From assembly GCA_963736115.1 (NCBI GenBank), contig CAVTNR010000011.1, forward strand, positions 1-64,000: a DNA stretch of 64,000 bases. The letters run 5' to 3'. Made by a program: the position numbers and the translations under genes. The notes below the pieces were generated by a model, which saw only the letters and a list, made by a program, of their open reading frames with translations, was not told where the DNA came from and did not search any database. Numbering within the stretch: position 1 is the stretch's first letter; every line of letters starts with the position of its first letter. Below, piece by piece: positions 1 to 9,561 of this stretch. The DNA is from an uncultured bacterium. GTDB taxonomy: Bacteria > Zhuqueibacterota > QNDG01 > DTFT01.

Positions 1-1037
1 ATTCTGGGCGGCTGCTGCGGCACCACCCCCGTGCACATACGGAAAATGTCCGAGTCCCTGGCTCAGAAGCAGACCCGAACCGTTCTTCGCGATGTTCGCC
101 GCGAAACGTTCCGGGCTGAATGCCGCCCGCTCGATCCGGTCCCGAAGGAAAGTCGGTCCCGTCTGGCGGCAAAACTATGCGCGGGCGAATTCGTGCGCAC
201 GGTCGAGATGACGCCCCCGCGCGGAAGAGACCTCGCGCCGCAGCTCGGCGGGGCCGAAAAACTCAAGGCCGCCGGCATCGACGCCATCAACATTCCGGAC
301 GGTCCTAGGGCATCGGCCCGCATGAACGGGCTCGCCATGGCCGTCAAACTCCAGTCCGAGATCGGAATCGAACCGGTTCTTCACATCGCCTGCCGGGACT
401 ACAGCCTGATCGGACTGCAGTCCTTCCTGCTCGGCGCATCCGTGCTCGGGGTCCGGAATGTCCTCGCGATCACGGGCGATCCGCCCATGCTCGGCGACTA
501 TCCGCAAAGTTCCGCCGTTTTCGACATGGATTCCATCGGCCTGACGCATCTGCTGAACAACCTCAACCACGGCCTCGACATCGGGGATAAACCCATCGGA
601 TCGGTGACGGAATTCTTCATCGGAGTGGGAGCGGACCCCAGCGCCGTGAATCTGGAACGGGAGAGGGGCCGGCTGACCCAGAAAGCCGGTGCCGGTGCCG
701 AATTCGTCATCACCCAGCCCGTTTTCGACGCGGGACCGCTCAGCGCTTTCATCGAGAAAGTGGACAACCGGGTCTTCCGTTTATCGCCGGCATCTGGCCT
801 CTGGTGAGCTATCAGAACGCCGAATTCATGAAGAACGAAGTACCGGGTGTCGTGGTGCCGGATTCCGTTCTGGAACGTATCGGCCGTTTCCGGAACAAGG
901 AAGATCAGCTGAAGATCGGTATAGAAATTGCTCAGGAGATGGTGCGACAGGTCAGACCGCTGGTTCAGGGGGTTCAGATCAGCGCACCGTTCGGCCGGGT
1001 GGACGCCGCGATCAGCGTGGCCGAAGCCGCCCGATGA
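1..1037 (+). CDS. Bifunctional homocysteine S-methyltransferase / 5,10-methylenetetrahydrofolate reductase (YitJ-like), 5'-truncated by the window, with an apparent frameshift at ~757-770
   Basis: Frame 1 from base 1 reads [10 protein letters not shown] (HMT C-terminal motif), followed by an MTHFR domain ([33 protein letters not shown]). The natural continuation [20 protein letters not shown] starts at 771 in the frame of ORF 804..1037. Confidence 0.85.
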
Positions 1038-1059
1038 CCCTTCTCGATCGGAGACCTCC

Positions 1060-2516
1060 ATGAATGAACCGCTGATATTCGAGCTTTCCGCAGAAGGAAG
1101 GGAGGGTTTCTCGCTTCCGGAAGCGGATGTCCCGGTCAGGCCCGTCGATACGCTCATACCGGCGCCCATGCGGCGCCGCGTTCCACCCCGTTTTCCGGAG
1201 ATTTCGGAACTGGACGCGGTGCGCCATTTCGTCCACCTGTCGGTCAAAAACCACCACCTGGATCGGGGATTCTACCCGCTCGGATCCTGCACCATGAAGT
1301 ATAATCCGAAGGTGAACGAAACCGCGGCCGGCCTGGACGGATTCTCCGGTCTGCACCCATTCCAGCCGGAAAACGGCACCCGTGGCGCGCTGCGCCTGAT
1401 GGTGGAACTGGCGGATTATCTCGGTGCCGTCGCCGGGATGGATGCCGTCACGCTCCAGCCTTCCGCCGGCGCACACGGGGAGATGACGGGTTTGAAGGTC
1501 GTGCGCGCCTTTCACGAAAGCCGGGGAAATCCCCGGCGCACCGTGGTCCTTCCGGATTCCGCGCACGGAACCAATCCCGCAAGCGCCGCGGTGTCGGGGT
1601 ATGCCTGCGTTCAGGTGCGTTCCGACGGCCGCGGTCTCGTGGACCTGGAAGACCTGGAGCGGCACCTCGACGGAGAGACGGCGGCGTTCATGCTGACGAA
1701 TCCGAACACGCTCGGGCTCTTCGAAAAGCAGATCCGGCGCATCGCGGAGATGGTTCACGATCGCGGCGCGCTTCTCTACATGGACGGCGCCAACCTGAAC
1801 GCCATGCTCGGCATTGTCCGTCCCGGAGATATCGGTTTCGATGTGATTCATTTCAACCTGCACAAAACTTTCTCGACACCGCACGGAGGCGGAGGACCGG
1901 GATCGGGCCCCGTCGGCGTGCGCTCTCCGCTCGCGCCATTTCTGCCCCGGCCCCTGATCCGTCGGTCCGCCGGGGGCCGACCCGAATGGGACGGCGAAGC
2001 CGCGGATTCCCCGTCCATCGGAAAGATGAACGCATTTTACGGCCATTTTGCGGTGATGGTGCGCGCGTACGCGTATATCCGCATGCTCGGCGGAAGCGGC
2101 CTGCGGGCCGTTTCGGAAAATGCCGTACTGAACGCCAACTATCTCATGCGGCGGCTGGAGAAATCCTTCGATCTTCCGCATCCGGGGCCCCATATGCACG
2201 AATTCGTTCTGTCCGGAGACCGCCAGAAGGAGAGCGGGGTCCGGACGCTGGACATTGCCAAACGGCTGCTGGATTACGGCATACACGCGCCAACCGTCTA
2301 TTTCCCGCTGATCGTGCACGAAGCCATGATGATCGAACCCACCGAGACCGAGTCCAAGGAGACTCTGGACGCGTTTGCGGCGGCCATGGAATCCATTCTC
2401 AAAGAGATCGCCGAAAATCCCGAAACACTCCACGACGCCCCCGAACCACTCCCGTGGGCCGGCTGGACGAAGGCGCGGCCGCCCGGAATCTCGATGTCCG
2501 GTTCCGGCCGGAGTGA
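1060..2516 (+). CDS. gcvPB: Glycine dehydrogenase (decarboxylating) subunit 2, glycine cleavage P-protein beta chain; apparent frameshift at ~2437-2442
   Basis: MNEPLIFE start, [39 protein letters not shown] (PLP lysine). The canonical C-terminus [14 protein letters not shown] is in the frame ending at 2516, and the shift falls in a C-run. Confidence 0.92.
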
Positions 2517-2531
2517 AGCGGAACTGTTTTC

Positions 2532-3518
2532 ATGACCGCAGGGGACACCCATGCTTCTGAAGGCGGGGCCGCGGCTCGCCCGGAGCCTTTGGAAACTATT
2601 TTGGTGGTCGACGACAAGGCCAACAACCGCCTTCTGCTTCAGACCTACCTTGAATCGGCCGGATACCGCGTCCGTCTGACGGCCAACGGAGAAGAGGCGC
2701 TCCGCTTCATCACGGAGAACGCGCCGTCTCTCGTCCTGCTGGATGTGATGCTGCCGGGAATCAACGGGTATGAGGTGTGCCGGATTCTGAAGCTCTCGAA
2801 ATCCCGCCGCGGCCTTCCCGTGGTCCTGGTCACGGCGCTTCAGGGGGAGGAGGAGCGCGTGAAGGGAATCGAGGCCGGCGCCGACGATTTTATCGGACGC
2901 CCGATTCACCGGCTGGAACTGCTCACTCGCGTTCGGTCACTCCTGCGGATCCGGCGTCTGCACGACGAGTTGGAGCAGAAAATTCTCGAGTTGGAGAAGG
3001 CCAAGATCCAACTGCAGCAGCTGGCTGTGACGGACGGCCTGACAGGTCTCTATAATTATCAGTATTTCAAGCACAAACTGCAGATCGAGGTCGCCCGTTC
3101 GCGGCGTCACGGACTGCCCGTTTCCCTGCTGATGATGGACATTGATTATTTTAAAATGTACAACGATCATTTCGGGCACCCGCTCGGCGACCGGGTTCTG
3201 CGCCGCTTCGGGAATCTGCTGTTCGAGCACGTGCGGCAGATCGACATCCTGTCCCGCTACGGGGGAGAGGAGTTCGCCCTGATTCTGCCAGGCACGCCCA
3301 AGGACGCGTCGATGATTGTGGCTGAAAAGCTGAGAACCCTGATCGAGAAATCCTATTTCCCGCTTTCGGAAAAACTGCCGTTCGGCCGGGTGACCATGAG
3401 CGTGGGAGCGGCCTGTTTTCCGGACGATGCATCAAACGAGGAGGAACTGGTTCGGAAATCCGACGAAGCCCTGTACCGCGCGAAAAAAGAGGGCCGGAAC
3501 CGGTCCGTTTCCGCCTAG
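2532..3518 (+). CDS. Response-regulator diguanylate cyclase (REC-GGDEF)
   Basis: ILVVDD...[10 protein letters not shown] receiver domain, coiled linker, [13 protein letters not shown] (RxxD I-site) and SRYGGEEF. Confidence 0.93.
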   Translation: MTAGDTHASEGGAAARPEPLETILVVDDKANNRLLLQTYLESAGYRVRLTANGEEALRFITENAPSLVLLDVMLPGINGYEVCRILKLSKSRRGLPVVLVTALQGEEERVKGIEAGADDFIGRPIHRLELLTRVRSLLRIRRLHDELEQKILELEKAKIQLQQLAVTDGLTGLYNYQYFKHKLQIEVARSRRHGLPVSLLMMDIDYFKMYNDHFGHPLGDRVLRRFGNLLFEHVRQIDILSRYGGEEFALILPGTPKDASMIVAEKLRTLIEKSYFPLSEKLPFGRVTMSVGAACFPDDASNEEELVRKSDEALYRAKKEGRNRSVSA

Positions 3519-3519
3519 G

Positions 3520-5658
3520 ATGCATGCAATGCCAGCCGCTCCCGCCAAACGGAAATTGAACCGGTCGACTTTCGTCAAACTCTGGATTCTCCTGTTCACG
3601 GCGTCCGCCCTCCCGGTTGGCGTTTTGAGACTCGCCGGAAACGGATTCGCTTTCGGAGGCCGGAATGTCTCCGCCCGTGATCTGCTGAAATCCAGGGCCG
3701 AGTCCCTCTCGCGCATCGCCGAGGAGGCCATGTTGGCGGACGTCCGGGAGATCTGGATGTCCGATTCCGCCGATCCGGACCGCGAATCCTCTTTCTTCGC
3801 GGACTGGGAGCTCCGGTATCCATCCGTCGTGACGGCCGATTTGTGGCGGACCGACGGCTCCGGCCCCGACCGCTGGATCCATGATGCGCTTGCCGGCCAA
3901 ATCCGGTCCGGTGTCGCGGACGTCGCCTCGCGGAACCGTCTGGACGCTTTCCTCTCGCCGAAACGCGTGTCCTGGACGCTCCGGAGAAAAACGCCGTACC
4001 AGGAAACCGCTTTTCTTCGCATTCCGTTCCGCGGGTCCCTGGCGGGGATTCTGATCCCGTGGGAGTCCCGGAAAAGCAGGTCGATCCTCTGGATACGCTT
4101 CGTTGTCGCCGATCCGTCCGAGGCCGTCCGCTCGCGTCTGGATCCGGGGGAAACGGTTCGCCTGGTGGACGGAGACTCCGCCCTGATCACATGGGAAATG
4201 CCTGCTTCGGGCTCGCGTGGCCACGCCGGTTCGTCTCCGGCGACATGGAGTGCGTCTGCGCCGTTGTCGATTCTTTCCTGGCGAGTCGAGATTCAGCGTC
4301 AAATCGCCGGATCCGTCCCGGCCGGCGGCTCCGCCCGGCCGCTGATTCTCTGGCTTCTGACCTGCCTCCTGATCTCCGGAACAGCCGCGTTCGCGGGCGT
4401 CTGGTGGATCGAACGGCCGTTCGAACGGCTGATGTCCTCCGCGATTGAAATCGGCAGAGGCAATTTCGGGATCCGGATTTCAGACCAGAAGAACCGGTCC
4501 ATGCACCGTCTCGCCAAACTGCTCAATTACATGGCGACGGAAATGGACCATCTTCAGAGGATGAATGTCAGCGCGATCATCAATGAAAAGAACAAAACGG
4601 AGATCATGCTCCGCAACATCGCGGACGGCGTGCTCGTGCTCGATGAAGAAGGTAGAATCGTGCTGATGAACGAGACAGCTTCCCGGTGGCTGCGTCTCAA
4701 CGAATCCGCGGTGCTCGGCCGGCCCTTTCAGGAGTGCATCCGTATCCGTCCCCTGGCGGCGTTGCTTCGCGACGTCCTCAAGGACAAACCCAACGCCTCC
4801 GATGAATTCGCGATCAAAGCCTCCGAAGACCGGCAGACGCTCGTGCTGTCGGCGAATGCGGCCCGCGTCACCAACCGCGACGGACGGAATGTGGGGGCGG
4901 TCACCGTCCTGAGGGACGTGACCAAGGAGAAGGAGGCCGACCGCATCAAAACAGAACTGGTCTCCATGGTCGCGCACGAACTGAAATCGCCCCTGACATC
5001 CATCTACGGATTCACGGAGCTGCTTCTGGATTCGGAAACCAAAAACAAAAAGGCGGCCGAATACGCGCGGGTCATCCAGTCGGAAGTGAGCCGCCTGACC
5101 GATTTTGTCGACAAGTTTCTCAGTCTGTCCAGGCTTGAGTCCGGTAAAATCCGGATCCAGATGGATCCGTTCGACCTCCGATCCGTTGTGGAGAAAAGCG
5201 TGTCCGTGCTTCAGGGCCATGCCGCACGCAAGGATATCCTCATCGCGCTTCAGCTACCCGACTCCCTGCCGCTCACGGCGGGGGATCCATCGCTGATCGA
5301 GCAGGTTTTGGTGAACCTCATCGGCAATGCGATCAAGTACAGTCCCCGTCAGTCCAAGATCGGAATCGAGACGGCGGTCGGCTCTAAAGACGTGTCCATT
5401 CATGTCATCGACAACGGCTACGGCATCCCGAAGGAAGCCCTGCCGAGGATATTCGACAAGTTCTACCGGGTCGCGGAGATGCGCGAAAGTGAAGAAACCG
5501 AAGGCTCGGGTCTGGGACTGGCCCTGGTCAAAGAGATCGTCGAAAAGCACGGCGGGTTCATCAAGGTGAAAAGCAAGCTGGGAGTGGGCTCCGTATTCTC
5601 CTTCTCCCTGCTCCAGGCCGGTATGTTTCTGCGGCCGGGAAGCGGAGAGAACCGGTGA
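3520..5658 (+). CDS. Membrane sensor histidine kinase (TM-HAMP-PAS-HisKA-HATPase)
   Basis: Two hydrophobic segments, HAMP-like region, PAS (IADGVLVLD), SMVAHELKSPLTSI H-box, NLIGNAIKY, DNGYGIP, GSGLGL. Start codon uncertain (3520 or 3529). Confidence 0.9.
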   Translation: MHAMPAAPAKRKLNRSTFVKLWILLFTASALPVGVLRLAGNGFAFGGRNVSARDLLKSRAESLSRIAEEAMLADVREIWMSDSADPDRESSFFADWELRYPSVVTADLWRTDGSGPDRWIHDALAGQIRSGVADVASRNRLDAFLSPKRVSWTLRRKTPYQETAFLRIPFRGSLAGILIPWESRKSRSILWIRFVVADPSEAVRSRLDPGETVRLVDGDSALITWEMPASGSRGHAGSSPATWSASAPLSILSWRVEIQRQIAGSVPAGGSARPLILWLLTCLLISGTAAFAGVWWIERPFERLMSSAIEIGRGNFGIRISDQKNRSMHRLAKLLNYMATEMDHLQRMNVSAIINEKNKTEIMLRNIADGVLVLDEEGRIVLMNETASRWLRLNESAVLGRPFQECIRIRPLAALLRDVLKDKPNASDEFAIKASEDRQTLVLSANAARVTNRDGRNVGAVTVLRDVTKEKEADRIKTELVSMVAHELKSPLTSIYGFTELLLDSETKNKKAAEYARVIQSEVSRLTDFVDKFLSLSRLESGKIRIQMDPFDLRSVVEKSVSVLQGHAARKDILIALQLPDSLPLTAGDPSLIEQVLVNLIGNAIKYSPRQSKIGIETAVGSKDVSIHVIDNGYGIPKEALPRIFDKFYRVAEMRESEETEGSGLGLALVKEIVEKHGGFIKVKSKLGVGSVFSFSLLQAGMFLRPGSGENR

Positions 5659-7577
5659 TGGCGGATCCCCGCAAACGGACGGTCCTGCTCCTCGACCCGG
5701 ACGGCGGATCGGAAACCGTTCTCCGTCGGGCGCTGCAGGATACGGACACGGTCATCCGGCGTGCCCTTTCCGTTGAGGAAGCCGTACGCCTGACCGGAGA
5801 ACTGCGTCCCGAACTGATCGTGGCTGAGTTCGACTCCGATTCCGCAGAAGGCCTTCGACTGTTCCAGATAATCCTCGAGGACCGGGAGTACCGTGACCGG
5901 TTTCCCGTTCCGTTCGTGATGATTTCAGATCCCCTGACTCGCGAGCGGCACGCGGATGAACTGTTTCCACTCGGTCTCATGGGCTGGGTTGTCCGTCCTC
6001 TTGAGCCGGCAACGGTACGGGAGGTTTTCCATAACTGGCTCTGGCTCCATGAAGCTTTCCGGAAAGCCCATCGGCTGAAGCAGGAGGTCCGCAAATCCGA
6101 ATACCGGTACCGGGATCTCCTGGAAAATGCATCCGATTTTATTTTCACGCTGGATTCGGAAGGCCGTTTTCTGTATCTCAACAACCGTTTTAAATCCCTG
6201 ACCGGATTCGAGAAGGAGGAGTGGCTGGGCCGTCCCTTTCCCGATCTCTTCGAGGCAGAAGACCGGGGATCCGCTCTGGAACACTACGAGCAGACTCACC
6301 AGGGAAGGTCCCGGGTTTTCGAGGCGCATGTTCTTCACAAGACCACCGCGCCCAACGTGCTGTCGATCAGTCTGACGCCCATCGTCGAAGTCGCATCCGT
6401 CACGGGAACCATGGGTATCGGACGGGATATCCTCGAACAAAAACGGATGGAGCGGGAGATCCTCGATCTTGAAAACTTCAACGCGAGCATCATCGAAAGC
6501 ATGGAAGCCGGTCTTCTGACCGTTGACCTCGACGGCATCATTACCTCCCTGAACACAGGAGGCCAGAACATACTCGAGCGGAAATCCGAGGAGGTTCTCG
6601 GCCGTCCCATCGGGGAGGTCCTGCCTCCCGGGGAAGCGGAAGCGCTTCTTTCGCCGGGCCCCGTCGACACCGGACTGCCGTCGCGCCGGGAGATGGAGTT
6701 GACCCTCAAGTCGGGCCGCAAGGCCTCTATCGGTTATACCGTGACCAACCGGGTGGACAACCAGAGGCGGAAGATGGGAACCATTGTCTCCTTCCGCGAC
6801 ATTACCCTGATCAAACAAATGCAGAACGAGGTCATTCGGATGGACCGGCTGGCTTCGCTCGGCGTCCTGGCTTCAGGCATCGCGCATGAGATCAAGAATC
6901 CGCTGGCCGGCATCAAGTCGCTGGCCCAGGCCTGTGAGGAGGAATTCGAGGGGGAAGACCCGCGCCGTGAATATTTGGCCCGCATCATCCGGCAGGTCAA
7001 CCGCATGGATGACCTGCTACGGACGTTTTTTGCCTACGCCAAGCCCAAACCGCCGGATCGGAAACCGGTTCCCCTCAGCGACATCGTCCGCGAAGTCGGT
7101 CACCTGATGAACCGTAAAATGGACAAAGCGGGAATCCGCTATTCCGTGGAACTGGCCGACGTCCTCCCAGCCGTCGTCGTGGACGGACCGCAGATCCAGC
7201 AGGTTTTCCTGAACCTGATGCTCAACGCCGTGGATGCCATGCCCGAAGGCGGGAATCTGGCGATCCGGGCGGCCACCGCGGGCCCGGACTTCCGGGGCCT
7301 GATGCGCAGGCGCACACCGGACTCGCATCCGGCTCCTTCGTTGAAAGGAGCGTCCTACGTGGAAATCCGGATCTGCGATTCGGGCACCGGCATCCCGGAG
7401 GACAAGCTGGAAACCATTTTCGACCCATTCTTCACCACCAAGCCCAGCGGCCTCGGCCTCGGGCTGTCCATCGTGTACCGCATCATCGCCGAACACCAGG
7501 GGGACATCCGAGTCAAGAGCCGTCCCGATCAGGGGACGGAATTCAGCATTTATTTACCCACGGGAGATCCTTCATGA
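5655..7577 (+). CDS. Cytoplasmic NtrB/AtoS-type histidine kinase with an N-terminal degenerate receiver and two PAS domains
   Basis: REC-like N-terminus (VLLLDPD...LIVAEF), YRDLLENASDFIFTLD PAS, GIAHEIKNPL H-box, NLMLNAVDAM, DSGTGIP, FDPFFTTK, GLGLGL. Confidence 0.9.
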   Translation: MMADPRKRTVLLLDPDGGSETVLRRALQDTDTVIRRALSVEEAVRLTGELRPELIVAEFDSDSAEGLRLFQIILEDREYRDRFPVPFVMISDPLTRERHADELFPLGLMGWVVRPLEPATVREVFHNWLWLHEAFRKAHRLKQEVRKSEYRYRDLLENASDFIFTLDSEGRFLYLNNRFKSLTGFEKEEWLGRPFPDLFEAEDRGSALEHYEQTHQGRSRVFEAHVLHKTTAPNVLSISLTPIVEVASVTGTMGIGRDILEQKRMEREILDLENFNASIIESMEAGLLTVDLDGIITSLNTGGQNILERKSEEVLGRPIGEVLPPGEAEALLSPGPVDTGLPSRREMELTLKSGRKASIGYTVTNRVDNQRRKMGTIVSFRDITLIKQMQNEVIRMDRLASLGVLASGIAHEIKNPLAGIKSLAQACEEEFEGEDPRREYLARIIRQVNRMDDLLRTFFAYAKPKPPDRKPVPLSDIVREVGHLMNRKMDKAGIRYSVELADVLPAVVVDGPQIQQVFLNLMLNAVDAMPEGGNLAIRAATAGPDFRGLMRRRTPDSHPAPSLKGASYVEIRICDSGTGIPEDKLETIFDPFFTTKPSGLGLGLSIVYRIIAEHQGDIRVKSRPDQGTEFSIYLPTGDPS

Positions 7578-8932
7578 ATTCCGCCAACATACTCGTCATC
7601 GAGGACAACGAAGACCTTTCGTTTACCATATCCAAAGTTCTGCACAAGGAGGGTTTTAAACTGTTCACGGCGAAGTCCGGGGAGGAAGGCCTTCTTCTGT
7701 TCCGGAAGGAAATCGTGGACCTGCTCCTGCTCGACCTGAAGCTCCCGAAGATGAACGGGCTGGAGGTGCTCTCGCGCGTCAAAGAAATGGACCCGGACCT
7801 CGCCGTCATCATGATGACGGCATCCACCGATGTCAAGCCGGCCATCGAGGCCATGAAACGGGGCGCCATCGATTATCTCATGAAGCCGTTCGAGCTGGAT
7901 GAGCTGAAATTGGTCGTCATAAAGGCGCTGGAAATGCACCAGCTCAAGATTGAAGTGGCGCGTCTCCGACGTGACCATGTGAAGGCGAATCCCCACGACA
8001 CGCTGTACGGCGAAAGTCCGAGAATCAAGGAGATCCGCAGGCTGATCCAGATCGTTTCGGAGACTCCCCGGACATCCGTTCTCATACAGGGGGAAAGCGG
8101 CACGGGCAAGGAGCTTGTCTCAAACGCCGTTCACACGGCCAGCAGCCGGGCCGGCAAGCCCTACATCAAGATCAACTGCAGCGCCATTCCGGACAATCTT
8201 CTGGAGAGCGAGCTCTTCGGCCACGAAAAAGGCGCCTTCACGGACGCGAAACTCATGAAGAAGGGGCTTTTTGAACTCGCCAACGGCGGCACGATTTTTC
8301 TCGATGAAATATCCAGCATGAAGCTCGGGCTGCAGCCGAAGATTCTGCGAGTGCTCGAGACGCAGACGTTCCGCCGCATTGGCGGCATCGGCGACATCAA
8401 GATCGATATCCGGGTCATCGCCGCCTCCAACACCGACCTCGGCGAACTGGTGAAGCTCAAGGAATTCCGGGATGACCTTTATTACCGCCTGAAGGTCATG
8501 GAAATCGACCTGCCGCCGCTCCGGGATCGGAAGGAAGACATCATGCTTCTCGCGAAGCTCTTCCTTCAGGAATTCAACAAGGAATTCAACAAGCGGGTCC
8601 AGAAATTCCATGCGAAAACCGAGGAGCTCCTTCTGGCCTACCATTGGCCGGGGAACGTCCGGGAGCTGAAAAACGTCATTGAGCGCGCCGTCATTCTCAC
8701 GCAGGACGACTCTCTTCACCCGGACCACCTTCCCATCGAGCTGAAGGAAGAGGGACGCTCCTCCATGCCGGAAAGAGCCGCCATGGGCAGGATGTCCCTG
8801 GAGGACATGGAAAAAATGCATATTGACCAGGTTCTGCAATCCGTCAAGGGAAACAAGTCCCAGGCGGCGAAAATTCTGAACATATCCAGATCAACGCTCA
8901 GGGAAAAACTGAAGGCCTATCATATCTCATGA
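7574..8932 (+). CDS. Sigma54-dependent transcriptional activator (REC-AAA+-HTH, NtrC/AtoC family)
   Basis: Receiver domain, GESGTGKE Walker A, ESELFGHEKGAFTDA, FLDEI, WPGNVREL and a C-terminal Fis-type HTH (KSQAAKILNISRSTL). Confidence 0.95.
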   Translation: MNSANILVIEDNEDLSFTISKVLHKEGFKLFTAKSGEEGLLLFRKEIVDLLLLDLKLPKMNGLEVLSRVKEMDPDLAVIMMTASTDVKPAIEAMKRGAIDYLMKPFELDELKLVVIKALEMHQLKIEVARLRRDHVKANPHDTLYGESPRIKEIRRLIQIVSETPRTSVLIQGESGTGKELVSNAVHTASSRAGKPYIKINCSAIPDNLLESELFGHEKGAFTDAKLMKKGLFELANGGTIFLDEISSMKLGLQPKILRVLETQTFRRIGGIGDIKIDIRVIAASNTDLGELVKLKEFRDDLYYRLKVMEIDLPPLRDRKEDIMLLAKLFLQEFNKEFNKRVQKFHAKTEELLLAYHWPGNVRELKNVIERAVILTQDDSLHPDHLPIELKEEGRSSMPERAAMGRMSLEDMEKMHIDQVLQSVKGNKSQAAKILNISRSTLREKLKAYHIS

Positions 8933-9055
8933 TGCTCTGATTTCGACCACGCAGTACGAGCGGGCGCCTGCGGAAGCAGGCGTTGTCGTTTTGCTAAACA
9001 ATTGAATATAAAGGAGTAGAGTGCTTTGCGCGAATTCCAGTGGAAAACTGTTTCC

Positions 9056-9070
9056 TGGTATATATTTTGC
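9056..9070 (+). promoter_or_regulatory. Putative sigma54 -24/-12 promoter for the REC-ftsZ pair
   Basis: TGGTATATATTTTGC gives GG-N10-GC spacing with TTGC. It lies in an AT-rich intergenic region 16 nt before the ATG at 9087. Confidence 0.6.
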
Positions 9071-9086
9071 CCGATAAAGTATCAGC

Positions 9087-9518
9087 ATGTCACATAAGTA
9101 CAGGGAAACAGACCCTTTGAAAACTTGGAAAAAAAGAGTATTGATTGTGGACGATGAGGAGGATCTGACCTGGAGCATCGTCCGGGGCTTTTCGAAAGAG
9201 AGGTCCGGCGTCGAAGTACACTGCGCCAGTTCGGGTTCGCATGCATTGGATCTGATGGACCGTCATTCCTACGATCTGCTGGTTACGGACTTGCGGATGC
9301 CCGGTCTGGACGGAAAGGGTCTCGTGCAGCGGGCGCGGTCCATGCACCCCGGACTGAAAATCATCCTGATGACCGCTTTTCCGTCTCCGGATGTCCGGGA
9401 ATTCGCGGAACGCTTCCGCGTCTCGGAAACCGTGGAAAAGCCTTTTGAGATGGGGGAATTCCGGCGACTGATCGGGAGTCACCTGGAGACGGAATCCGTG
9501 TCTTCCGGAACCACCTGA
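9087..9518 (+). CDS. Single-domain response regulator (receiver only)
   Basis: VLIVDDE, LLVTDLRMPG (phospho-Asp), ILMTA, VEKPF; no output domain. Confidence 0.88.
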   Translation: MSHKYRETDPLKTWKKRVLIVDDEEDLTWSIVRGFSKERSGVEVHCASSGSHALDLMDRHSYDLLVTDLRMPGLDGKGLVQRARSMHPGLKIILMTAFPSPDVREFAERFRVSETVEKPFEMGEFRRLIGSHLETESVSSGTT

Positions 9519-9561
9519 CCGAGAGCGCCTGTCATTCATCGCCTTGGGGAGAATCGACTTC

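Noticed and set aside
8224-8250. GAFTDA instead of GAFTGA in the sigma54 activator, as a sign of inactivity
   Set aside because: GAFTDA is a common natural variant, and the other AAA+ motifs are intact.
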